A stretch of DNA of 64,000 nt from Mytilus californianus (Eukaryota), in contig NW_026262712.1 of the NCBI RefSeq assembly GCF_021869535.1, positions 41,540,001 to 41,604,000 of the forward strand, read 5' to 3'. Every line of letters begins with the position of its first letter. The stretch's first letter is position 1. The notes beneath the pieces were generated by a model, which did no database searches, was not told the origin of the DNA, and was given only the letters and a program-made list of their open reading frames with translations. Below, piece after piece: positions 28,422 through 40,400 of this stretch. Made by a program: the position numbers and the translations under genes.

Positions 28422-31400
28422 ATGGATATCTGTAATTTTGCAAAAGTTATTCTGACACGGGCAACAAAGGACATATCTTCATTGCAATGGTGGAAGAAAC
28501 AAAATTCTGACAACAATCGCCCTATTCTTACTGACAATTCTCTGAACAACAACTCTGACGACAACTCTGGCGACAACTCTGATGACAACTCCATTCAAAA
28601 ATCTTACACATCCAACTTCAGTTTAATGGAAAGGCACCAGAACTATATGATGTTTATGGACGGATATCCAAAAATGCATGTTGAATACGATTACTTCAAA
28701 AAAAGGATAAGTCGACTGCAATCATATTTGACAGAAAAGAAATATTGGAAAAGCGGTGGAAAATCTGAAGAACGTAATTTATTTCTGGATTATTTTGGCT
28801 TACAACACTGGTACAACCTTCAAAAATTGGAAAAACAAAATCATACGCTTGAAAAATGCAATCCATGCAGATCAATCCATATCGATATGTCTTCTCTACA
28901 CAAATCTCTAGACAAAGACTCCCGTCAAATTTTGGAAACATGCCAGACAGCTACAGACCATTTTATTAATACCGTATCCCCGACATCAATGACACAACAG
29001 AAAGGAGTAAAAAATGCCAAGTCTTTCATCAACATCGTTCAACCAATAATAGAAGAGAAAGTCAATATAAAATTCAACTGTAAATTAGCCGACTCATTAT
29101 CTCCTTCAGCAATTACCGCAGCAGAACATCTACAGGAAATTAAGAAAGCAGTCACGGTAAGCAAAAAGAAATTTGAGGAAGTAATGAAGGATGATGGAAA
29201 TGATGTCACCAACTTTCTTTCGTCTGGAAAATCTTTCAACCAATACCATCGGGACAGAATGGCTGGATTTTATGAATCAAAAACAAGAGCAGAGGAGAGG
29301 ACAGAGAAGTTAATCCGTCAAGAATCAGCAGGTAAGAAGAAATCGAAAAAGCACCATGGAAATTTTGAAAACTACTCCTTCGATAGAACTGGCTTTCTTA
29401 ATGAAATGACAACCAAACCATCAGGATCTGATATTAACTGGACTCTAATGGCCAAAAAATACAATTTGCAAATCAACGGTAAGTTTCCTGCCAATGCTGG
29501 TCAAGTCATTTTAGAATACGCAAGGAAGCAGGGCATCAACACACAGACTCACAATAAAGAAAAAAAGGTAAGCTCACGAGACTATCTCAGAAGGATTAGA
29601 AGGGCCAAGAACACAATTTATATGAGGAATAAACAGCACAGTCTACCAACACCAAGGACAGGTAAAGCCATCAAAGAGGATGTTAAAAGAAAGTTAAAAT
29701 CTGGAGAACTTTACATCGGCGTCAAGATAGCAGAGAAGACAAAAATTACAACAGTAATTTCTCCAGAAGGTGAGCTGATACCAAAAACCATCCAACTATT
29801 TGCTAGAAAAATGCCATTAACCTACATTCGAGAACAATCCCTTAAAGACCAGTTACATCAAGGTCTATTTAAGTATACAAGTGACGAGGAATATGACAAA
29901 ATGGATCTTCAATTAGTTAAGGACAAGCTGTTTAAACTGGGACTTACATCACCTGAATCTGAAGACCAGACAAGATCCGTTTTGAAATCCACCGAGAGAA
30001 CAAGAAAGTTGAAAATTTGGCATGACCACAGCGATATTTTGAACCACAGCTACATTTGTTTTACCGTTTCTTTTCTATATGATGAGGCTAACTTCTATAC
30101 CGACCAAAAGTTTAAGCTTAAACATCCCGACAAAAAGCCCATTAATGTCCAAGCATTAGTAGAAAGACCTAAACTTTATATTTTTGGACAGTCCGGAAGC
30201 TCAGACGAGGAGCAGACATTGTATACAAGGACGCGACTTGAAGATTTACAAGAAATACATTTACCAACTCGTGTGACTCATGATGACCATAACCTTACAG
30301 TTTTTGATGATTTGAGAGTTTTCAGTGGGGATGGGCCAGCTCGTCAATTTGAATCAGGTCAACAAAGGGGGGGGGGTAATTTTTCCTGTCTTTGTGGCAT
30401 TCCAGCAGTAGAACATGGCAATTATGTGAGATGCTTTTCTATCAAACCTCTTAGTCTAGATGAAAGATGCCAACTAGCTACTTCAACCACAAGTCTTAGA
30501 AAACTGAAGCAAGGCATTTTAAGTCCCTTTCAAAATCTTAAAAAAGCCGATCTGGTAAAGGAATTAAAAGCGAGGAATATAGAAACAACAGATAAAGACC
30601 GTAAACAACTACAAGAAGACCTTACTCAACTACTCCATGGAATTAGCAGACCACCAGCTTTGATGATACCCGAACCCCATCTTCCAACTGAAACTATCAA
30701 CATCCCAAGTTATGAAATTTTGTGTACTGAACCGTTGCATGACCTGACAAATGTTATCCAGAATATCATAGCCGAACTTCCCTACCATATCCAGGATAAA
30801 GAAGCACAAAAAGAGTTCCAAAATTTCTCCCAAACAACAATAGGAGACAAGAATCAAATAAAAGGCTCCGATGCACGTCTATACCTTGTTAAATTAGCTA
30901 AATTTGCAGCAAACCTACATGAACAAAAGAAGATTGATAAAAACACCATCCAGATGATCGAATCCCTCGTTGAAATAACTAACATTTGCTATTCAAAATA
31001 TGAATGTCGTTCACCAAAACAGATTCTAAGACTTTATAATCAATGTTTCCTATTTGCTGTTACTTGCAGGATAGTTATTGGAATTCCGTCTAACCCAAAA
31101 ATGTCAAAAAGAAAATTTTTTGGAAGTCATTTTCACAGTGTAACCGTCCATCTACCAGAATGTTTAAGAATTTTTAATTTAAGATCAATTGTAACAGAAC
31201 AAGAGGAACGCATTTTTGGGGACTTGCGAAGAATTTCAGAAAATACCACCAATAGGCAGGCCCAATTCATCTGTGACAATGCTATGCTTCGTTTCAACAG
31301 TCAGCAAGCTGCAAAAACCGACTACTTTACCATTCAGGAATCTGTAATTCAAAAACAAGCTCACCTTCTGGCTCCACGTCCAAATTCTACAATTCCGGCT

Positions 31401-31731
31401 CATATCGTTTCAAAGCAACCAACACTTCTGCAAGCTCATCTCGAAAGAATTTCAGACTTTTTACTTCCTGGTAACGACATTTGGTGGCATTCCACTAACA
31501 ACAACTTAATCTTCCATGACGGCCCTGATGAACCATGTTACCGTAACCAGGGTCCCCAGCTGTCCCACTTCAGATCATCGTCCCTGAAAGATGAAAACGC
31601 AAAACTGAAAGTAATTTGGCAGACTATCATGACCCAATTCCAGGAAAATCAACTAATTCTACCATTACGTAGACTCAAGGCATTTGATGTTGATGGAAAT
31701 CCATTCTTTGTAACTGTCAACACAACTGAAG
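28422..31731 (+). CDS. Large first coding exon: N-terminal region, RAG1-like catalytic core, SAP-like insertion
   Basis: Uninterrupted reading frame of 3310 nt ending at GAAG|GTAGG. Contains the D, D, C-x-C, LH, H-x4-H and E motifs. Confidence 0.9.
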
Positions 31732-34700
31732 GTAGGAAAATATCATTTATTGCTTAATAACTTAAGTTTTGTTTCTACATTCACTACTCCAGTCATGAAA
31801 TAACTATTCAATTTATCTGAGGTCTCCAAAACTCAAAATTCCTTATATTCTTCTGTTTCAAATTAATATTAAAATAAAAAAGTGTGGTATGGTTGCCAAT
31901 GAGACCAAATGACCAAAATCAATACACTTACACACAAGTTATTGTCCTGCAACTAAAAAAAAGGCTTGTTTTTTGCCCATTTTTGGCCCCTAATTCCTAA
32001 AATTTTGAGGCAATTACCCCCAAAATCAATTCCAGCATTCCCTTTGTGATATGGAACCTTGTGGTACAATGTCAGAGAGATCCATACACTAACACACAAG
32101 TTATTGTCTAGAAGTTACAAAAATGCTTATTTTTTGCCCCTAATTCCTTAACTGTTGGTACCATAACCCCCAAAATCAATCCCAACCTTCCTTTTGTGGT
32201 ATTGAACCTTATGGTAAAACTTCATAGAGATCCATTCACTTAAACTACTAAGTTATTGTGCGAAAACCAATGTGTTTTTCGGACGACGACAATGACGCCA
32301 AACGTCATACCAATATACGACCGCAAAATTTTTTCCGGTCGTATAAAAAGTAAAAGTGTTGCAGATGATAGTATTTAACATTTTCTTATTTCGAATGTAT
32401 CTGAGGTCTAATTGGCTATTTAAAAATAACCAAAGTTTAAAATTTGTTAATCATAATTTTCTTTATTATTACATATTCAATAGAAAATTATTTGGAGGAA
32501 GAAGATCAAACAGCTACATGTGATATAGATACTGTCAAAGCTCATGACACGATCATTAATGAACCAGAGAATGAAGAGAAAATTGGTAATTTGTTATTTT
32601 ACAATTTTTACAACCATAGTATCAAAATATACCTGATTTTTTTTTTGCATTTCAGAAGCCTCATTTCTGTTAACAAGCTACATATTTCTTCCAATCTGAA
32701 AAATAAAAACCCAACCAGCTGAATTTAAAATTTAACTTTTTATAAAGATACATGACCTACTAGCAACTAGAATAATTTATATTTTTTATTCAGCAACAAT
32801 TTGATTTAATAAAATTACATTTGAACAGTGTATGGCATTCACATGAATAAAGGCCTTTTAGCCTGAGTAAGTAATAGAATATTGAACTTGAAGGATTTTA
32901 TTAATTTTTAAAACATTATTTTACTATGTTATATTTTCAAGAGAACTTGCATTCATTTTTTCAATCCAATTTCTTTTATTCTAGATTCTAAGTCTGAGTC
33001 AACAGAAGATTATATTCCGAATATTCCCATTATGCAAGGTAATGTAGATTGTTTGACAAATAAAGTTCAAAATGTTTGTTAAATGGGCAACTTTCATTTT
33101 GTTGTATTCAATTCATTTTTTGGTATTATATATTTGCCAAGTTTACAGGCAATTTCATGTCCTTAAAGTCTGCATGGGTATCTTCAACCTAGGTATATAA
33201 ATGAGATTAAAAGTTTATTGAAAAAAAGTTTGTAACCTTAGTAGACAACAAATTCAGGTATTCAATACTTTTTCACCAACCTTCACTTTCTTGTTTGAAA
33301 ACCAGTGAATATTCATTGCTAGACATCTGTACATCTGTAAAGAATAAATCTCATGGTCAGTGTACATGTACATGTTTATTTAAATAAACGAAAATTGCAT
33401 CATTTTCTTATAACAGACCAACCAGAAGTACCAGCAATAGACCACGAGAGAAAACAGGAAAATACTGAAACCAAGGAGAAATACAAATCATATATTAAAG
33501 GTAAATAATTTTGATAACCACATATCTGATCATTTTAGGTAAAACAGTTGTTGTGCCTCAGCAGTATATGAATGATTCATCTAATTTTTAAACACCTTGT
33601 ATACATGTAGACTCCACACAGTAAAGAACTTGAAAAATAGTATTTACAAGTCTGTACTGTTGAAGACTTAATATTCCTGTCAAGATGTCTTTTGTTTATT
33701 TTAGTCATTAGGTTGCTGTCTCATTAAAGTTTAATGTTTCACATCCCCTTTTTTCATATGCTTACTTTTTATTTTGTTTTCAAATAAAAATGCTCACTTT
33801 AACATGTTTAACTTACTGCCAAATTGCAAACAATGATATAATGTACCAATCATATATTATTAAATAATTATAAAGATACTTATATTAATTTAAACACTCT
33901 GGTTAGTGATTTGATATATCTAATAAACAGACTTTGTTGAGGGCAGGATTGTGAGTGACCTATAGTTAAACTTCTGTGTCATTTGGTGGAGAGTTGTCTC
34001 ATTAGCAATCATACATCTTCTTATTTCTATATTTCCACATCATTCAGATACAAATATGTTTTAATTTCAGTTTTAAGATGGACTGTAGAACCATGCAACA
34101 ATGATGTCCAAGAAAGTCTGTTCATCAAACCAAAAAAATTACCAGGTAATTACACAAGCTTCATATTCTAATTCTAAATAGTGATCTGATATATCAAAGA
34201 CTATGTTTTTTTATGTTGTTGGATTGCTGTTGACCACTGTTTTCCAAAAAAAAATATTTTTAATTTCAGCTAACAATTACAAGAAACAACCAACATGCAA
34301 AAGGAAACTATTTGAGTCTGAGGTTTCCAATCAAGAAATTGGTAAGTATTAGTAATTTTACCCGAAATTTGGTACTTTATGTACAGCAAAGTATAAAGTG
34401 AAATGAAATTTCCAAAGAGTTGTATTCAAATCAATTTGGTATTGTAAATAAAGAATTAATATGATGCATGTTATTAATCAATATTGTTTTAAGTTATGTG
34501 ATATTTGTATAGATTATAATTATTATTACATTGATAAAATTTTGTTAAAAACTCATTATAATATACTACATATATACTTTTTTATGCTTCAGTATCATGT
34601 AGAAAGAAGACAACATTTGATCTGGTTGTCCAACTACTTGGCCCATCATCAGATGTGGATGACTGTCTTAAGTACAGGGAATTGAAGCAAAAACACCCCG

Positions 34701-34888
34701 GTCATAAATCTTTCATGTCAGCTTTTGATCAATCTTTCTCTAAGCTACAGATTCAGGTCAGTAAGAGATATTTTGCCCTGAAAGAGGAGACAACAAAAGA
34801 TGATGGAAAGGAGAACAGGGAGAGTCTGTTAGCTGACAAAGAGATTGCTCAAAAGCTGCTTGATCACTGGGGAATGTACTACTTTTAA
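28422..34888 (+). CDS. Intact multi-exon RAG1/Transib/CMC-like DDE transposase-derived gene, about 1330 aa; coding exons 28422-31731, 32484-32585, 32985-33038, 33417-33500, 34071-34145, 34270-34341, 34593-34888
   Basis: 1142-codon ORF 28329-31757. A polypyrimidine tract with AG acceptors at 28405 and 28420 precedes the ATG at 28422. GT donor at 31732. All six downstream introns are GT-AG, phase 1, and splice in frame to TAA at 34886-34888 (3993 nt). AATAAA at 34930. Motifs: WHD (D at 30024), SGDG..G..CLC (D 30330, C 30387), EPLH (H 30738), FHSVTVHLPE (31131-31160), TEQEE (E 31197, E 31206). Confidence 0.85.
31925..32345. repeat. Repeat with two internal units of about 155 bp, in the first coding intron of the RAG1-like gene
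   Basis: acacaagttattgtc...gcccctaattcct...cccaaaatcaat occurs twice, followed by gacgacgac. 26915-27830 is similarly organised. Confidence 0.65.
32484..32585 (+). CDS. Coding exon 2 (ENYLEEEDQTATCDIDTVKAHDTIINEPENEEKI)
   Basis: caatag| acceptor, |gtaatt donor, 102 nt, phase 1-1, no stop codon. Confidence 0.75.
32985..33038 (+). CDS. Coding exon 3 (DSKSESTEDYIPNIPIMQ)
   Basis: ttttattctag| acceptor, |gtaatg donor, 54 nt, phase 1-1. Confidence 0.7.
33417..33500 (+). CDS. Coding exon 4 (DQPEVPAIDHERKQENTETKEKYKSYIK)
   Basis: ttcttataacag| acceptor, |gtaaat donor, 84 nt, phase 1-1. Confidence 0.7.
34071..34145 (+). CDS. Coding exon 5 (VLRWTVEPCNNDVQESLFIKPKKLP)
   Basis: ttttaatttcag| acceptor, |gtaatt donor, 75 nt, phase 1-1. 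Confidence 0.7.
34270..34341 (+). CDS. Coding exon 6 (ANNYKKQPTCKRKLFESEVSNQEI)
   Basis: ttttaatttcag| acceptor, |gtaagt donor, 72 nt, phase 1-1. Confidence 0.75.
34593..34888 (+). CDS. Terminal coding exon 7 (VSCRKKTTFDLVVQLLGPSSDVDDCLKYRELKQKHP...LLDHWGMYYF*)
   Basis: ttttatgcttcag| acceptor; phase 1 continues into the frame of ORF 34655-34888; AATAAA follows at 34930. Confidence 0.8.
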
Positions 34889-36308
34889 TGTCCAGTGCAC
34901 TAAATAATAATTCTTGAATGTTACATATAAATAAACTTTACCAAGTTTAAATTCATACCTACTTAACTTATATAAAAAAATGGAGATGTGGTATGATTGC
35001 CAATGATACGATTATCTTGAATTGACCAAAAGGACATGGATGTAAGCAGCTATCGGTCACTGTACAGCTAATAGATTTGAGAAATACATGTACAATGTTC
35101 TAAATTTTACAAATTATACTTGTATATTTCAAGTTTAAAATTTTTTAATTTTTTTTTTTTTTTAGTCTCATGACAGGTGTTTAACGTCAACTGGCAAATA
35201 TTACATGCATATTAGGACTAGAACATGTTAATGATATATGAATATGAACCCTGCTTTGTATTATTATCAACAACCGTTACATTAATATACATTTAATAGT
35301 GAATTGAGAAATTAAACAATTGTATAATGAGCACTTTAATATGTTAAATGGTGCACTGGACATTTTTATATAAGTGTGCACCCTTAGTGACTTGGATCAC
35401 AAGGCTATTTTCATATAGGCAAAATGCATAAAAGGGGGAAGGGGGCAGGTTGTTAAGAGGGTACCCTGGTAACACTTTTAAACAAGGGATAATTACAAAC
35501 TACCATGACTGAATATGCGTGTTGAATCCTCAGAATAATTCCTGATGTATCAGGGCTGGAATATTTGACTTACTGAAAATTTAAACAGTATGCAATAATA
35601 GACCAAAATTAAGGAAGTGTGATAAAATTGCAAATGACACAATTATTCTGCATAGACCAACAGACTAGAAATGTAATATCCCATTAATATAATCATGATA
35701 AGAATAAGGAAATGTGATATGATTGAAAATGACAAAATTTTAGATCATAGTTTTGAAGGTGGGCTTCAACAATGAGCAAAACCAATACCATGAAGCAAGA
35801 TACAATTTAATTTTGCATGAAAAAATTGAGAAATGATTCAAACCAGTAAACCTTACCTACACATGTACAGCCTGATTTATGCTAAAGCAAAATATGAAAA
35901 AATATTACCGCCAGCAACCCATGTAAACAACAGGCAATTACAAAAAGACAAAACAATGGCACATCAGAACCGTTTTAATTGCTGCTATTCCATGTGAACT
36001 TTAAAATCACAATTTGACCTTCAACAGGAGCACTTTCTATAACCTTGTTTATACTACATTCATTTTCAAAACCTGCCCGTTTTTTAAATAGACCTTGTGG
36101 TTAATATGAAAGGATTTATGAAGGGGACCTCTTCAATGGACGGACATGGCCGATGCTGTATTCATCTTCAGTATAAACTGTTTGAAATTTAAATACATTT
36201 TGTAATTTTGTAATTAAGTCCATATCTGTAAATCTGCAGGAAAACCTTATTAATTATGTCATATTGAGACTCATAGGGTGAAAAAAAATGGGAACTTAAG
36301 TCAAATAA

Positions 36309-36899
36309 TAGTGTTTCCCCTATCACATAAAAAGGGCATCTACAGCGTACAAAAATTTATAAAAAGGGCACCTACAGTGTATGGAAAATTAACAAAAGGG
36401 CACCTACAGTATGCTGAAAACAAGAAAGGCAATAAATTGTCATATTGCAGTATGGACTGGCAATTGTTGATGGAATTAGAACTCAAGATAGCAAATGTGT
36501 TGTTTCAAAATATGGAGATTAGGATATAAGATCTGAAAATCTAGTTCAAAATTTCACTTCAATTAGTTTCAGGGGAGAGTTCTGATCAACAAAAGTTGAG
36601 CCCCTTTTTTAAAACCAGGATTCACAGTATAAATGAACTTGTAGAACTTTGCAAGATAAGCGGATTAACTTTAATCACAACTTTATAACACCTGTTGTAA
36701 ATGTTAATCAGCTGAGGGTCCTAAACTTGAAACTCAGAAACATGAAGACAGGAAGAAAAGGCATTTTTTTGAGACAATGGCGTCACCCAAAGAAGTGAAA
36801 AAAGGGCATGGCCTCATGTATCAAGACAAAAAAGGGCATGGCGTCATTTAAATAGGGCATGGCGTTTATCCATTCTTAACATGCTTGGGGGAAACACTA
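36309..36899. mobile_element. hAT-like MITE with AAAGGGCA subterminal repeats
   Basis: TAGTGTTTCCCC...GGGGAAACACTA. Three aaaagggca(c/t)ctacag copies at the left end and three agggcatggc copies at the right. aaataa lies on both flanks. Confidence 0.7.
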
Positions 36900-37230
36900 A
36901 AATAAATGTCAGCTTTTAAAATAGTTTCATACAATTGCAAGTTTGATTCAAATACAATTTTCAAATATATTATGACAATGGTACCAGTGAATTCCAGTTT
37001 GGTTCAATAATAAGCATGATTAGAAGCTTTGTCCTGAATTCTTTTTTTTTTCGAAACAGTGAATACAGCATCAGCCTCATAACCTGTACTTAAGTAACCG
37101 CCATGAGTACAACCAGAGATTTATACCAAGTTTCCAATAACATCAGGATGATACCACTGTCAGGATATGACAGAAATTTACCTAATATGACTTAAAAATA
37201 TACTGGATAAGACAATGATTTACTCGATAA

Positions 37231-37490
37231 TCCCAGGGGTGTGGAAATTTGAAGTTCAACCCACAGGATAAGTACATCCATTCAACGGGACAAGACAAAA
37301 TCTGAATTTAAGAGTCTTTCCTTCAACGATCTGATATACTACTAGTATACGCAAGGTCAGTGTGGTTGTTCCGCGCTATACCTTTCAATCTTTAAATAAT
37401 ACTAAACGGTCATTGACAGTGTTCTGAAAGAATTGAGGGTCAGTATGGGTTTTTCTACGCTATACCCATATTCCAAAGACACCCCTGGGA
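37231..37490. repeat. Small element with 12-bp inverted ends and an internal direct repeat
   Basis: tcccaggggtgt / acacccctggga; ggtcagtrtgg...cgctatacc occurs twice inside. Confidence 0.45.
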
Positions 37491-40400
37491 TATGACAACA
37501 TAATTTACCGGATATGACACAGCAATTCACTGGATTTGACACAGACAACAATTAATGGATATGACTTGACTCAATAATGTCACACTGACATGTACTGTAA
37601 TCATTATGGTAATTATAATTATTTTCCCTTTTATAAAAAAAAGTAATGTTAATCTTAATTTTAGGTATCCAGGTGATGGTTAAAATATCTGGTCATCTAA
37701 AATGTGTATAAGAAACAGTATCATGGTAGGTTGGCCATAGGGTTGGTCATGTGATTTATTATGATCTGTACCGTTTTGAAATAATTATGACAAGTGTTTT
37801 AGCTTCTCATCTAGGATTTTATAAATATTCTGCTAAATTTCTAGTTTTTTTATATAAAATGGTAATGTCTATAATCATTGATAATGTTTAGACATGTTAA
37901 AGTTTTGTACACTGTTTTTGTGTGCATTAAACATTCTTCATTCAAAGAGTAAAATTTAAGAAATAAAAGATGAAAAAATTAATAAAATAATTCAAAGTAG
38001 TTTAAGTACCAGAAATTGCAAAAAGGGCCAACATTAAAATTATAATGACCGGCATTATAACAACAATATCAACAATTTTCATTTAAATTGCAATTAAAAT
38101 TTGCTTTGTTTCAAAGAAGGTGTACTGGTGTCAAAGAAGGTGTAATAAAAACAGTGGTTTCAAAGAAGAAGTAAAACAAACAGTTGTTTCAAAGAAGAAG
38201 TAAATGGCATTTAAGGGTTTTCTTGCTGTGTAAAATTCTCCCCGATTCATTTCATGCCATATTTTGTATTGCATAATTTAATCAGTCCAAAACCAGCACC
38301 TTCAGGAAATTCTGATATTAAATGAAACTGAAAAAGTATATGATTTTGAAGCATTTTAATACATGTATAGTTTGGAAAAGCAATTATAACTTCTTTTAAA
38401 TAAATTTACAAGCTTTTTTTCATCACTCCCAGCAGAATATACTCATAAATTAAAAAATCAATTAATATTGAACAACGTATACATGTATCAGGTCCATTTC
38501 AGTTTAGAAAATTTAGTTATAAACTGAAAAGTTCATCTAAAAAAAATTCGGAAAACTCAACTAATTAAAAATTGTTAAAAGTTATCATTACACAGCAATT
38601 GTTTTTTTTTTAAATTATTAATTTCTCCTATTGGACTGAAATTTTGCAATGCGGTGGTGGGTGGGTAATGCAGCCAAGATTGTGTAACATCTTGCCAGTC
38701 ACAAGCCTGGAAGGAAGGTCACATACAAATTATCAAAAACAAAGCTGTTGAGATAATTCATGTATGTCTATACATTTTGTTTTTAAAATAACTTCAAATG
38801 AATAGTAAAGTGACCTTCTAAATGCAGAGTGAACCACCAGCAAAAGGATAAAACTAGTTTGACAAAATTTGCATCTCACAACTTTCAACTACGAAAGCAA
38901 ACATGCATTCAGTTCAGACAGTTGTTGCCAAAATTTTTAAATGTCAATATCAAACAGTAATTCATTGCATAATAATGCTTATTCAGAAGTGTGTGTACCA
39001 TGAGTGTAATGTGTACTGTAAGTGGCGTTATAACATTTATATTTTCTTATTTGTGTACAGTTCATTGTGGAGTTTTCTTTGTGGTCTTGTGTTTACTAGT
39101 AAACAATGTTGTTTTTTTTCCAAAAATCAGAGACAATAATTAAGATTTAAAAAAAAAGGCTTCAAGTGCTGTATATTAATTGCAGGGTAAAAACAATATA
39201 TACACATACAAGAGAAGATGTGGTATGATTGCCAATGATAAGTCACTGTACGACCTTCAACATTGAGCAAAGCCCATACTGCATAGACTAGTAGACTATT
39301 GAAGGCGCCAAAATGACTAATGTAAAACAATTCAAATGAGAAACTAAAGCAGTGTTCTCTCCAGATATTTCATATAGCATCCTGGTAAAAATGGAAATTT
39401 GAAATACCATCATATGTCTAAAAATTTATAGCATCACATCCATAACACAATCTATAAGAAAATCAATTCAGATAGCATCATATTCAGAAATATAGCATCA
39501 CATTACTATGATCATGATGATGCTAAAAGGTCTCTTAAGCTCATACAAATAGGTTTGTTATTTTCCAACATGTACATAGACCAGTTATCAATAGGTTTTG
39601 GGAGTACGAGTTTTTGAGTAGCATTTAAAAGGTATAAAATTTGTAAACATTTTTAAATCATTTGGAATGCATGGTTAAACATGACTGCCTTGATAAGAAT
39701 TTGATTTTAGTGACAATATTATTTTCTAGAGTTCTAGTAGATTTTATTTAACTGTTGTATCAACGAGTCTGGATGGGGAAACCTTTAATTGTATTATTTT
39801 AATTTTTTTTATCTTATTCTTTAAAAATTTTGCATTTTATGCTCTAAGTATTCTTTATATTATAGCACCACATTATTCTCTATTAAAAATTTGGCTTATT
39901 TTTTTCTATTCTTAATATTTTTAGCAATTATTTGGGCACATTTTGTCAGTTATTCTTATTCTGTAAACCCTATGCCAACTCTAATTAAAACTTATACATG
40001 TAGATATAGATGTCCATAATTTCATACTATTTAGCATTTATTATCTATTTCAAGAAAAAAAAAAGAACTTGCCTACTGGAGTATCCTTCCAATACCCAAA
40101 CGGACAACTTGGTTAACTTGGCAAAACTGAAACTGAAGTATTTGTAATGGTGGCACAGTGTAAATTTTAAGCAAGATAAATATGACTTGAACAGGACAGT
40201 ATTTCTTGTTATGCTTGATATTTTTGCACAGCAGGTCTCATTTAACATGTTTTAAAGGAGATTTTAATTAACAAGAAAGTTTCTGTTTAAACACAGATCA
40301 TGCAGATTGAAAAAGACAAGTCTTATGACATTATTTTAAGCAATAGCCTAGTTTTTACATGTAGGAAAGTTAAGCAAATAGAATTATTTTCACAGATTTC

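Noticed and set aside
30367-30376. 10-G homopolymer inside the catalytic region
   Set aside because: The frame is preserved, so it is not a lesion. Its length could be miscalled by a multiple of 3, which would alter the exact D-to-C spacing quoted.
36120-40250. Scattered minus-strand micro-exon candidates (YTEDEYSIGHVRPLKRSPS*, FPEGAGFGLIK, WVLEGYSS) as a possible convergent RAG2-like gene
   Set aside because: They cannot be chained into a consistent frame and show no kelch or PHD pattern. Part of 36145-36181 is simply an inverted look-alike of 37052-37080.
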